The notes under the pieces: generated by a model
What the model was told of the DNA's origin: nothing
What the model saw: the letters and a program-made list of their open reading frames with translations, nothing else
The model's database searches: none
In this document: piece after piece, positions 49,508-58,207 of the stretch
Position numbering within the stretch: position 1 is the stretch's first letter
How the letters are laid out: each line of letters begins with the position of its first letter
Sequence record: SRR31156797_2770
Length of the DNA: 64,000 nucleotides
Reading direction: 5' to 3' (one strand)
Made by a program: the position numbers and the translations under genes

Positions 49508-50533
49508 CTACTCGTTCACCAGCAGCTGTCGATTTCTTTCACTGAATTTCTCATTATGGGAAGAAACCATCGCCTGTGGGACACTGGTCGGCTCTAAATA
49601 GTGTTTGATTTGGTTGACTGCTTGCGCAGCATCTTGAAAGGCGCCTGCCAAAAGATTCACTTTGCCTTTGAAGTAATGGATGTCACCAGCTGCAAACACA
49701 CCGGGATGGCTGGTTTTTGTTGGAATCTCACAGTTCAAATAAAAATCTTCATGACGTGCGAGATCAAAGGAAACTTTATCTAACAAGGCACTGTCCCGGT
49801 CATAGCCATGTTGGATCAACAAATGATCGCATAAAAAATCGATCGTTTCTTGGTTAGCACTGTTTTTTAATCTTAGAACCATATTGAAGGTTTCGGCTTG
49901 ATTCACCCCGTCAATCGTGTGATTCATCAGCACTTGAATCCCTTCTGCTTTCATCTTCTTTACTTGTGCTTCATGGGCCTTCAATTTCTCGCCCCGATAA
50001 CAAAGCGAAACTTTTGCCCCATAAGACGCCGCTTCAATCGCATAATCAACTGCTGCATCCCCGCCGCCAGAGATCACAAGATGTTTGCCTTGGATCGCTT
50101 GCTGGTCAGGAAACTGATAGTGGATATAGTTGTCGACATTATTATGGATGAAACAAGGCAATTTTTGCGGAGAAACGACACCGCCGCCAATACAAACTAA
50201 AACGGTGCGTCCAACATGGGTCCTCCCTTGGTCATCCACTGCATAAAAAAGATCGTCTTCCTTGGTCAATTCGATGATTTTCGTTTTCAGATAGATCGTT
50301 GGATCAAACAACTTAGCCTGTTCAATCAAGTGTTCTTTGACTTTCTTCCCCTTGGTTGGCGGCAATGCACCCACATCCCAGACCATTTTTTCAGGATAAA
50401 AATTGATCTTCCCGCCTAATTCGGCTTGTGCTTCAAACAATACGACCGATAGATCACGTAATCCAGCATAAAAACTCGCATAGAGCCCCGTGGGCCCTCC
50501 TCCGATAATCAGAACATCTGCTATAGTGGTCAT
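49508..50533 (-). CDS. Ferredoxin--NADP reductase (TrxB-like YcgT/YumC type)
   Basis: GGGPTG, YPEKMVWDVG, GGGDAAVD and AAGD motifs; no CxxC. Confidence 0.88.
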   Translation of the reverse strand: MTTIADVLIIGGGPTGLYASFYAGLRDLSVVLFEAQAELGGKINFYPEKMVWDVGALPPTKGKKVKEHLIEQAKLFDPTIYLKTKIIELTKEDDLFYAVDDQGRTHVGRTVLVCIGGGVVSPQKLPCFIHNNVDNYIHYQFPDQQAIQGKHLVISGGGDAAVDYAIEAASYGAKVSLCYRGEKLKAHEAQVKKMKAEGIQVLMNHTIDGVNQAETFNMVLRLKNSANQETIDFLCDHLLIQHGYDRDSALLDKVSFDLARHEDFYLNCEIPTKTSHPGVFAAGDIHYFKGKVNLLAGAFQDAAQAVNQIKHYLEPTSVPQAMVSSHNEKFSERNRQLLVNE

Positions 50534-50555
50534 TGGCTAGCCTCCCTCTCATAAA

Positions 50556-50570
50556 TGAAAATCATTCTCA
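50556..50570. promoter_or_regulatory. Fur box
   Basis: TGAAAATCATTCTCA, a 7-1-7 match to TGATAATNATTATCA, just upstream of the reductase RBS. Confidence 0.8.
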
Positions 50571-50799
50571 ATTAGTTAGTTCGATTATAGTCAACGAATA
50601 CGTGTTTGTAAAGAATTTTCTGAAAACAAATTAATTAACTTAGCCGATTATTTTTATTTACATTGTAAAGAAAAAAGCCTTTTCCTAAATATCTGCTAAA
50701 GAAAAAATGAGTAGAATGTTATTTTTTCTCATTTTATCTAGTGATATGTTTGTGATAGCTACTGACTTCAAGGTATACTCTTAGAAAGTAGGTGAAAAA

Positions 50800-51525
50800 A
50801 TGGAAGTTGAAAAATGTTACGCACCCTTACCGGATGGGTCTGTCCTCTATTATGAAAAAACCGGTTCAGGATGCCCTCTTTTTTTATTGCACGGAAACGG
50901 CGGTAGCAGTGCCTATTTCTCAAAGCAGGTCGACGCATTGCGACAAAAACATCAATTGTACTTAATCGATAGCCGTGGGCATGGCAAGTCCACTAACACA
51001 CAGAAAAAGATCGATTTTTTTAAAATGGCAACGGATCTTTTAGCAATCATTCAGCAAGAAAATTTGTCTAAAATCGCCCTATTAGGATTTAGTGATGGGG
51101 CTAATCTAGCAATGGTCTTTTGTCATCTTTACCCTGAGTATGTTAGTTGTATGATTTTAAACTCGGGCAATACTGAGCCACGGGGAGTTAGACTCTTTTC
51201 TCGAATGGGGAGTGTCTTGCAATATCTGATCGTTTGGCTTTGTTCCCCATTCTCAAAAGGAATGCGGGGCTTTCTCCCTATTTTGGGATTGTTGTTTCGT
51301 CCAATCGGTTTATCTACAGCCGATTTGAATCACCTCAGTGTGCCGACATTGATTTTGGTCGGCAAACGTGATTCGATCAAGCTTTCCCATTCTTTTTATA
51401 TTGCAAACAGTATCCCTCAGTCCAATTTTATCGTCGTCAAAGGACAAGGACATAGTTTTGCACGAAAGAATCCAGAGGTATTTAACACGAAAGTATTATC
51501 TTTTTTAGAAAAGGTCGGTGAATAA
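50800..51525 (+). CDS. Alpha/beta hydrolase, AhyD-like aminoacyl-phosphatidylglycerol hydrolase
   Basis: HGNGG, DSRGHG and GFSDG nucleophile motifs; ends 2 nt before mprF, the known ahyD context. Confidence 0.8.
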   Translation: MEVEKCYAPLPDGSVLYYEKTGSGCPLFLLHGNGGSSAYFSKQVDALRQKHQLYLIDSRGHGKSTNTQKKIDFFKMATDLLAIIQQENLSKIALLGFSDGANLAMVFCHLYPEYVSCMILNSGNTEPRGVRLFSRMGSVLQYLIVWLCSPFSKGMRGFLPILGLLFRPIGLSTADLNHLSVPTLILVGKRDSIKLSHSFYIANSIPQSNFIVVKGQGHSFARKNPEVFNTKVLSFLEKVGE

Positions 51526-51527
51526 CT

Positions 51528-54074
51528 ATGAGAATCTTTACTTGGCTCCGCGACCACCGCTCACTGTTTAAAACACTCTTCTTGATTGCAGTAGCCGTGA
51601 TCGTGTTGGGCGAACTGCTTTCATTAAGCAAGACGATCTCCATTGATCAATTAAAAGAGTTGTTTGCGCAACTGGCACTTTGGCGAGTGGCATTAATGGC
51701 TGTCATTGGGTTATTATGTGTCTTGCCAATGGTCTTATATGACATTGTCTTGAACCGCCTATTAGGGGACAAACCTGATCGCCGTTATTTGCTGGAAACC
51801 AGCTGGATCATCAACACTATGAACAACTTAATCGGCTTCGGCGGTTTCATCAGCATCGGATTACGCTCGGAATTTTACGGCAAAGGAAAAAAAGGCAAAG
51901 AAGTTGCCCAAGCAATTTCGAAGATTTTTATTTACCTGATGTCTGGTCTTTCGATTTTATCCCTTGCTGCACTAGCCTTCGTCTTATTTGGTCCAACGAC
52001 AGATTATCTGCAACAGTATTGGATCTGGCTTTTAGGCGGTAGTCTTTATTTTCCAGTTGTCTATGCCCTTAGTTTTTCCAAAAAAAATGCTTACTTAGGT
52101 GGACTGCAACGGCGTGATCGTCTGCAGTTGATCGCCGCTTCCTTATTAGAATGGCTAGGTGTTTTTGCAGCCTTCTTTACGACTGGTCTCTTGATGGGCA
52201 TCTCGGTGGATGTGTTTCAATTGTTGCCACTTTTCATCGCTGCCTCCGTGATTGGGATCGTTTCGATGATTCCCGGAGAACTTGGAACCTTTGATGTAAT
52301 GATGATCATGGGAATGGGCTCACTGCAGATTCCCCGTGAAAGTGTCATTGCTTGGCTGTTGCTTTTCCGCCTGTTTTATTACATCATTCCCTTTTTGATC
52401 GGTTTGCTTTTTTTCTCAAAAAATGTCGGCGTCTCCCTCAACCAGCGCTTTTCTGGTATTCCAAAAAGCTTGTTGTTGGAAGTGTTCCACAAGATCGAAG
52501 TGTTGCTGCTTTATTTGACGGGAACGATGTTGGTGCTCTCCGCCACGATTCCAGAAGCCTTTGATCAAATCAAATGGTTAGCCCACCTCAATCCGATTCG
52601 CTTGAATTTTGTGATGCAGTACCCGAGTATTTTTCTCGGTTACCTCTTTTTAATTGCCGGTCGAGGGATATCTGCCCGTGTCAGTCGCGCGTACGTGCCG
52701 ACGCTTTTGTTGATTGCAGCAACAATCGGTTATGCTATTTTTGCTGGCTTCCGTTTTTCGACCATGCTGTTTCTTCTATTATTATTAGCAATCATGATTT
52801 TTTCAAAAAGCGAGTTGTTCCGTAAACAACTCGTCTTCTCGTGGGAATGGCTGACGATCGATGGTTTGTTAATTGGTTCGTTGACGATCCTCTATGTCAT
52901 TATCGGGGTCTACAATATGCCTCATATCAATCGACATCCAACGCATCACCATTCGATGGATTTTTTGCTTTTCCCTTCTGAAAAATTATGGCTGCAAGGG
53001 TTCGTTGCGATTTTATTCGTCGCCATTGCGATGCTGCTGTTTGCCCGGTACTTGATGGGACCAAAACACCAATTAGGCGTCAGTGCTGCCACTGATAAAG
53101 TGAAACATGTTTTAAATACTTACGGTGGCAACAGCGACAGCCATCTGGTGTATCTAAAAGACAAGAAAGTATACGTGTATCCAGAAATTGGCGAGCCGAC
53201 GGTCTTTTTTCAATTTACGACCTTTAATAACAAATGTTTAGTCATGGGGGATCCTTCTGGGAAGCAAGCAGACTTTCCACAGGCACTGGAAACTTTCTTA
53301 ACAGAAATGGATCAATGGAATTATCTGCCGGTCTTTTATGAAAGTAGTGAAGAAATGGTGATGCTGCTGCATGAATTTGGGTATGACTTTATCAAATTCG
53401 GTGAGAAAGCTTATGTGGATCTACCTAGCTTCACCCTCTCAGGAAAGAAAATGAAGGGACAGCGGGCATTGAACAATAAGATCACTAAAGAAGGCTTTAC
53501 TTTTGATGTGCTCACCCCACCCTTTTCAGCCGAAACATTTGCAACGCTTAAGGAAATTTCTGACAACTGGCTAGATGGACGGAAAGAAAAAGGGTTCTCC
53601 CTTGGGTTCTTTTCAGAATCCTATCTAAGCACCGCACCAATTGCTGTCGTCCGTAATCAGCAACAGGAGATCGTCGCATTCGCTTCCTTTATGCCCACCT
53701 ATCAAACAGGCCTAGCATCCATTGATTTGATGCGCCACGATCCTGAAAAAGCGCCGAATGGAACGATGGATTTCTTGTTTATTCAGCTATTCGACTATTT
53801 TAAAGAACAAGGCTACCAACAATTTGATTTAGGCATGGCACCATTAGCCAACGTTGGTACTTTCCGCAGCAGTTTCTTGCAAGAGCGGATCGCCTATCTC
53901 GTTTACACCTTTGGTTCTCGTTTCTATTCTTTTGAAGGGTTACGCGAATACAAACAGAAATATGCCGCTTCTTGGTCCCCTCGCTACATTTTATACTCTC
54001 GGGATAGTTGGATCGGGTATGTCATGATGGCCCTCTTGATCGTCGATAATCAATCGGCGGAAAAAACGAAGTAA
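51528..54074 (+). CDS. mprF: Aminoacyl-phosphatidylglycerol synthase/flippase
   Basis: Multi-TM N-terminus with SMIPGELG and LLFRLFYY; C-terminal EKGFSLG, DLMRH, GMAPL and FYSFEGLR..K. Confidence 0.95.
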   Translation: MRIFTWLRDHRSLFKTLFLIAVAVIVLGELLSLSKTISIDQLKELFAQLALWRVALMAVIGLLCVLPMVLYDIVLNRLLGDKPDRRYLLETSWIINTMNNLIGFGGFISIGLRSEFYGKGKKGKEVAQAISKIFIYLMSGLSILSLAALAFVLFGPTTDYLQQYWIWLLGGSLYFPVVYALSFSKKNAYLGGLQRRDRLQLIAASLLEWLGVFAAFFTTGLLMGISVDVFQLLPLFIAASVIGIVSMIPGELGTFDVMMIMGMGSLQIPRESVIAWLLLFRLFYYIIPFLIGLLFFSKNVGVSLNQRFSGIPKSLLLEVFHKIEVLLLYLTGTMLVLSATIPEAFDQIKWLAHLNPIRLNFVMQYPSIFLGYLFLIAGRGISARVSRAYVPTLLLIAATIGYAIFAGFRFSTMLFLLLLLAIMIFSKSELFRKQLVFSWEWLTIDGLLIGSLTILYVIIGVYNMPHINRHPTHHHSMDFLLFPSEKLWLQGFVAILFVAIAMLLFARYLMGPKHQLGVSAATDKVKHVLNTYGGNSDSHLVYLKDKKVYVYPEIGEPTVFFQFTTFNNKCLVMGDPSGKQADFPQALETFLTEMDQWNYLPVFYESSEEMVMLLHEFGYDFIKFGEKAYVDLPSFTLSGKKMKGQRALNNKITKEGFTFDVLTPPFSAETFATLKEISDNWLDGRKEKGFSLGFFSESYLSTAPIAVVRNQQQEIVAFASFMPTYQTGLASIDLMRHDPEKAPNGTMDFLFIQLFDYFKEQGYQQFDLGMAPLANVGTFRSSFLQERIAYLVYTFGSRFYSFEGLREYKQKYAASWSPRYILYSRDSWIGYVMMALLIVDNQSAEKTK

Positions 54075-54122
54075 AAAAGGTTCCCATACTCCTCTTTCTT
54101 CTCGGAGTATGGGAACCTTTTT
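54074..54122. terminator. Bidirectional terminator
   Basis: AAAAAGGTTCCCATACTCC/GGAGTATGGGAACCTTTTT inverted repeat. Confidence 0.8.
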
Positions 54123-54139
54123 CAATTGTTGTGCTTAAC

Positions 54140-55099
54140 TTATTCAGCCGATTTAGATGGTGCATTTTCCCAAAGTTGTTTGACGACTGGAATATTTCCC
54201 AGTTCCGTCATATTTGATGGCAGAATGACCGTATTGGTATTGCTATTCACCACATCTCTGAAGGCTTCGATCCCTAGATATGATAGTGAGCGCTCGTCGA
54301 GCTGGCTTTCTTTGATTGCTTCATTGATGGCTAAAATCCGTTTGCGTTCAGCTTCAGTGATTTTCGCGATTCGTTCTGCTTCCGCCTCGGCATCAATCCG
54401 TACACGCTTTGCCCGCGCCTCGGCATCGATTTGAGTTTGTTCCGCTCGGGCTTCGGCGTCGATCGTCATTTGAGAAGCTTTGGCTTCTGCACTCAAGACT
54501 GAAGAAGATTTCTCACCTTGGGCTCTTGTGATCATCGATTCTTTGTCTCTAGAGGCAGTGATCAATTTGTTCATTGATTCAATGATTTCTTGCGAAACTT
54601 TGATTTCCCCAATGTTGATTCGGTCAATCGCTAAGCCATAGCCTGCCGTGATATCTTTGATTGAAGTAAACAACGCTACGTTGATTTCTTCAGTCCCATT
54701 TAAAACTTCATTTAAATCCATTTTCCCGATGATTCCCCGCAAGTTCGATTGGGCATCTTGGATCATTGAAACAACGGAGTTTTCATTTTCGTAGACAAAG
54801 GCACGCACATCTGTGACATGGTATTTGATTGCTTCATCAATTTGAACGATTACATTATCTTTTGTGATTGCACTTTGGGGTTCGATCTCCAAAGGAATCT
54901 GTTTCAAGGACACTCTTTCTCTAACTGTATACAAAATCGGAACAAGAAAATGAAGCCCAGGTTCCAACGTTCGAACGTACTTCCCAAAACTTTCGACAAC
55001 TTTGACTTCCCCTTGACGAACAATCACAGCAGTGCTTGCAATCAGCCAAATCAGAATCACTAATACTAAAATAACTAAAATAATTTGGATAATGATCAT
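54140..55099 (-). CDS. SPFH/band 7 (stomatin/QmcA-like) protein
   Basis: N-terminal TM; VESFGKY, PGLHFLVP and ITKDNV motifs; AEA-rich coiled coil. Confidence 0.93.
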   Translation of the reverse strand: MIIIQIILVILVLVILIWLIASTAVIVRQGEVKVVESFGKYVRTLEPGLHFLVPILYTVRERVSLKQIPLEIEPQSAITKDNVIVQIDEAIKYHVTDVRAFVYENENSVVSMIQDAQSNLRGIIGKMDLNEVLNGTEEINVALFTSIKDITAGYGLAIDRINIGEIKVSQEIIESMNKLITASRDKESMITRAQGEKSSSVLSAEAKASQMTIDAEARAEQTQIDAEARAKRVRIDAEAEAERIAKITEAERKRILAINEAIKESQLDERSLSYLGIEAFRDVVNSNTNTVILPSNMTELGNIPVVKQLWENAPSKSAE

Positions 55100-55371
55100 T
55101 GTAAAAACCCTCTTCCATTTTCAAATAATGTATTGTTTACACGGGTCAATAAGACACCGTTTTCAACCCCGATAATCTCTAACATGACATTTTCAGCAGG
55201 AATCCCTGCAATCACCCGATATTCTGTATAGGTGCCATAAAGCCGTATATAGCCTGAATAATGATCCGTCAACGATCGAAAATAGCGCCCTACCGCTCGT
55301 TTTTCCATATAATCTACGATGATTTTCACCCTCTTTGCCTTCACGCAGTAAATTTGAAGCTTCAAACTCAT
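55096..55371 (-). CDS. Small NfeD-like partner of the SPFH protein
   Basis: 4-nt overlap with SPFH; beta-rich GYIRLYG..EIIGVENGVLL pattern resembles the NfeD C-terminal OB fold. Confidence 0.6.
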   Translation of the reverse strand: MSLKLQIYCVKAKRVKIIVDYMEKRAVGRYFRSLTDHYSGYIRLYGTYTEYRVIAGIPAENVMLEIIGVENGVLLTRVNNTLFENGRGFLQ

Positions 55372-55511
55372 TTGATAATCTATTACAAGTGTTACTAACT
55401 ATGATAGCACGTTTCACCCAAGAGAACAGTAAACTTATGCTGATTACGCTTTTTTTTAGAAAAAAAACATAGAACGAAAACCAATTCCTTGCATTTTTCG
55501 TTTAAATTGCA

Positions 55512-55526
55512 TACAATTTAATTGTA
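55512..55526. promoter_or_regulatory. OhrR operator
   Basis: TACAATT-T-AATTGTA perfect dyad, the known OhrR box, overlapping the -10. Confidence 0.9.
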
Positions 55527-55553
55527 CAAAATATAAAAATCAGGAGTGAAGAA

Positions 55554-55967
55554 ATGATGAAAAAAATGTATTCGACTAAAATGATCAACACTGGTGGCCG
55601 TTCAGGAGAAGTACACAGTCCCGATCATTCATTTGAGCTAAACATCACTGCACCTGGCAAACGTGTCGAAAATGCTACCAATCCAGAACAACTTTTTGCA
55701 GCTGGTTTTAGTGCTTGCTTCAACAGTGCCCTTGAATTGGTGAAAAGCAGCAAAGGAATCGATGGTGCTTCTACGGTGAGCGCACAAGTGACCTTATACG
55801 CAGAAAGCGAATCCAGTTTTGTCTTGGGTGTTGAGATCGAAGGTCAAATCGAAGGATTGTCAACAGAAGAAACACAAGAATTGCTTGAGATCGCTCATAC
55901 CGTATGTCCTTATTCAAAAGCCACAGCTGGCAACATTGAAGTGACTGTCAAGGCCGTTAGCGAGTAG
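55554..55967 (+). CDS. ohr: Organic hydroperoxide resistance protein
   Basis: GGRSG, TNPEQLFAAG..ACF and VCPYSKA motifs. Confidence 0.95.
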   Translation: MMKKMYSTKMINTGGRSGEVHSPDHSFELNITAPGKRVENATNPEQLFAAGFSACFNSALELVKSSKGIDGASTVSAQVTLYAESESSFVLGVEIEGQIEGLSTEETQELLEIAHTVCPYSKATAGNIEVTVKAVSE

Positions 55968-56025
55968 ACTTTCGTTGAAAAAACAGCTATGATAAGAGGC
56001 GGATATTAGAAAAAGGGGTGAAAAC

Positions 56026-56460
56026 ATGAATGTCTTAGCGTTAGAAAACCAATTGTGTTTTCCTCTATACGCCGCTTCAAAAGAAATTATCAAACAGTAC
56101 AAAGACTTACTGGACCCGTTGAATTTGACCTATACCCAATATTTAGTGATGTTGGTGTTATGGGAAGATGAAGCGATCAGTGTCAAAGCATTGGGGAAGC
56201 AATTATGTCTCGACTCTGGCACACTGACACCGGTTTTAAAAAAGCTTGAAGCAAAAGGCTACCTAGTAAGAAATCGAAATCAAGACGATGAACGTTCTTT
56301 GCGTGTCACATTGACTGACTCAGGCAAAGCGCTTCATGAACAAGCGTTAGAGATCCCCTACAGAGTGACCGAATTCTTGCCTCTTGAACCGGAAGAACTG
56401 TCCGTGCTCCATCAATTGACGACAAAAATGGTACAAAAATTTCAAGAACAAGAAAAATGA
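56026..56460 (+). CDS. ohrR: MarR-family organic hydroperoxide regulator
   Basis: ENQLCFPLY sensing Cys, LTYTQYLVM and DSGTLTP; adjacent to ohr and its operator. Confidence 0.9.
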   Translation: MNVLALENQLCFPLYAASKEIIKQYKDLLDPLNLTYTQYLVMLVLWEDEAISVKALGKQLCLDSGTLTPVLKKLEAKGYLVRNRNQDDERSLRVTLTDSGKALHEQALEIPYRVTEFLPLEPEELSVLHQLTTKMVQKFQEQEK

Positions 56461-56490
56461 TCCGCTGTTTTCACAGCGGATCATTTTTTT
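56454..56490. terminator. Bidirectional terminator
   Basis: AAAATGATCCGCTGT/ACAGCGGATCATTTT inverted repeat. Confidence 0.8.
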
Positions 56491-56510
56491 ATCATGCAAA
56501 CGAGTATTCT

Positions 56511-56873
56511 TTAAGAAGCTTTAGTTTTCAATTCACCAATCACATTTAGCAACTGGGTTAATTGTTCAGGATCTTCGATTTTTCTGATGGCGATTTTCAC
56601 TAATTCAAAAATCTGGTCATCGGTTAGGCCTGTCTGTAATATCTCCAATTCACTTACAGCTGGCTGAAAGCGACGAGCCAAGACTGATCCGCTCATTTTG
56701 ATACTTGCAATCTCCAGAACTCCTTTGTTTACTAACTTGCGAATCACGGACAGTGATGTGTTACGGTTTAAGCCGAAACGTTCACTAAATTCTGTACAGC
56801 ACAGAGGTTCATCCACAGCCCAAAAACAAACTAAGACTTCCCACTCTTTTTTTGAAAAACTCAAGTAATCCAT
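56511..56873 (-). CDS. BlaI/MecI/CopY-like winged-helix regulator
   Basis: SKKEWEVL..FW, NT..SVIRKLVNKG and RFQPAVSE motifs; AAGGAG RBS. Confidence 0.75.
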   Translation of the reverse strand: MDYLSFSKKEWEVLVCFWAVDEPLCCTEFSERFGLNRNTSLSVIRKLVNKGVLEIASIKMSGSVLARRFQPAVSELEILQTGLTDDQIFELVKIAIRKIEDPEQLTQLLNVIGELKTKAS

Positions 56874-57151
56874 AATTGCTCCTTTCCATGCCGATGAGGC
56901 TGGTTCTTATTTTCTAAATTAAAACAATCGCAGCTATTTCAGTCAGCTGGCTTTCCTCTTCCTTTTTTCGATTGTTTTTTCTTTCACTAAAAGGATTATA
57001 TACCAATAATAATCTATTTTATTCATAATTTCAAAATAATTTTTATTTTAATGATAAATAACATGTTTAATTATTCTTTTTCTTGATAAAAAAAAACGAC
57101 TAGATCAGCTAGTCGTTTTCTTACTCTACTTGATATTCCTACGAGAAGTGT

Positions 57152-57520
57152 TTATTGAACACTGAAGATCAAACTCTCATGCTCTTGTTCTTTTAAGGAA
57201 TAGCCACAAAATTCTTTATTCAAATTCGGAAAATCACGTTCGATCATCTGAATAATCTCGATTTCCGTCAACAGTTTGTCTTCTGACAATTGCAGCGAGT
57301 TCAACAAAACAAAGCGAGAATCATAGCCTAAAATTTCCGGCATCAACCGCCAAAAATTTGTGCTGTCAATTTGTTGGATCGTTTGTTCCATAGCAACAAT
57401 CAAGTTTTGCACGTGTTCATAGACTTTAGGATAATCAGATTTTAGTAGATCCAACAGTGCTTGGTCTAGCACTTTATCTAAATAAGCCTTTGTATCGGTA
57501 TAAATTATTGAAGAAATCAC
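57152..57520 (-). CDS. Hypothetical protein, 122 aa
   Basis: Open frame with GTG start and AAAGGA upstream; terminator-like hairpin at about 57088-57120. Confidence 0.6.
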   Translation of the reverse strand: MISSIIYTDTKAYLDKVLDQALLDLLKSDYPKVYEHVQNLIVAMEQTIQQIDSTNFWRLMPEILGYDSRFVLLNSLQLSEDKLLTEIEIIQMIERDFPNLNKEFCGYSLKEQEHESLIFSVQ

Positions 57521-57975
57521 TTATTTCATCAATCCTTTCATTCAAATGCCATATTCGACATTGTCAAGGATGGCTCCTTGTTCTTATATATAGCATACTA
57601 TCGGTGATTTTCGTTCTCAGATTAAGGATAGAATATAGAAAAAAAAGAGAAGCGTCTTTTCTTGTACCCTAATCTTACTCCACAATAGCAAAATTTTGCT
57701 AAACTGATAAGCAAAGCGATTCAGCACCTATCGAAAATGAGAAAATTGTCAGATTTCCTTCCTTTTTTATCTATAGCGATTCCTACCCATCGGGCTCTGT
57801 AACTGCCAATAGCCTCGCAATTACACACTTCCACGCCTCCCCCCAATAAACGTAGGTTTTTTCTCATTTTAACAAACGTCTTACACAGCATAATTTCAGA
57901 CAGAACCTTATACAACATGTATAATTAAATTATAGAAAGTCATCAAAATAAAACGAAACGAGGAGTGGATCACAG

Positions 57976-58152
57976 ATGAAGAGTCATTGTAAATGTGGAA
58001 AAAAAATGAATGCCCATGAAAAAAGCTGTCCAGACTGCAAACACAAAAAACAGCAAACCTTAGAATCCTTGGAAAAATTCGTTAAATACGGCAGTTTTGC
58101 TTTAGCAGGTCTATCATTAGTTTTAAAAATTGCGAAAAGTCGCCAAAGTTAA
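57976..58152 (+). CDS. Small Cys-rich protein with a hydrophobic C-terminal helix, 58 aa (absent from the ORF track)
   Basis: MKSHCKCGKKMNAHEKSCPDCKHKKQQTLESLEKFVKYGSFALAGLSLVLKIAKSRQS; GAGGAG RBS; TATAAT at 57920-57925. Confidence 0.75.
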   Translation: MKSHCKCGKKMNAHEKSCPDCKHKKQQTLESLEKFVKYGSFALAGLSLVLKIAKSRQS

Positions 58153-58177
58153 AGGGACCGACTTAAACTTTTAGACG

Positions 58178-58206
58178 AAAAAAACGCCTTCTAGGCGTTT
58201 TTTTTT
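58178..58206. terminator. Bidirectional terminator
   Basis: AAAAAAACGCCT/AGGCGTTTTTTT hairpin. Confidence 0.75.
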
Positions 58207-58207
58207 G

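Noticed and set aside
54340-54500. Repeated AEARA/IDAEA codons as a DNA repeat element
   Set aside because: Ordinary coiled-coil repeats of SPFH proteins
57518-57529. In-frame ATG-AAA-TAA just before the GTG start, as a minigene or nonsense mutation
   Set aside because: The ATG is only 3 nt after AAAGGA, while the GTG is plausibly spaced; this cannot be separated from chance without orthologs
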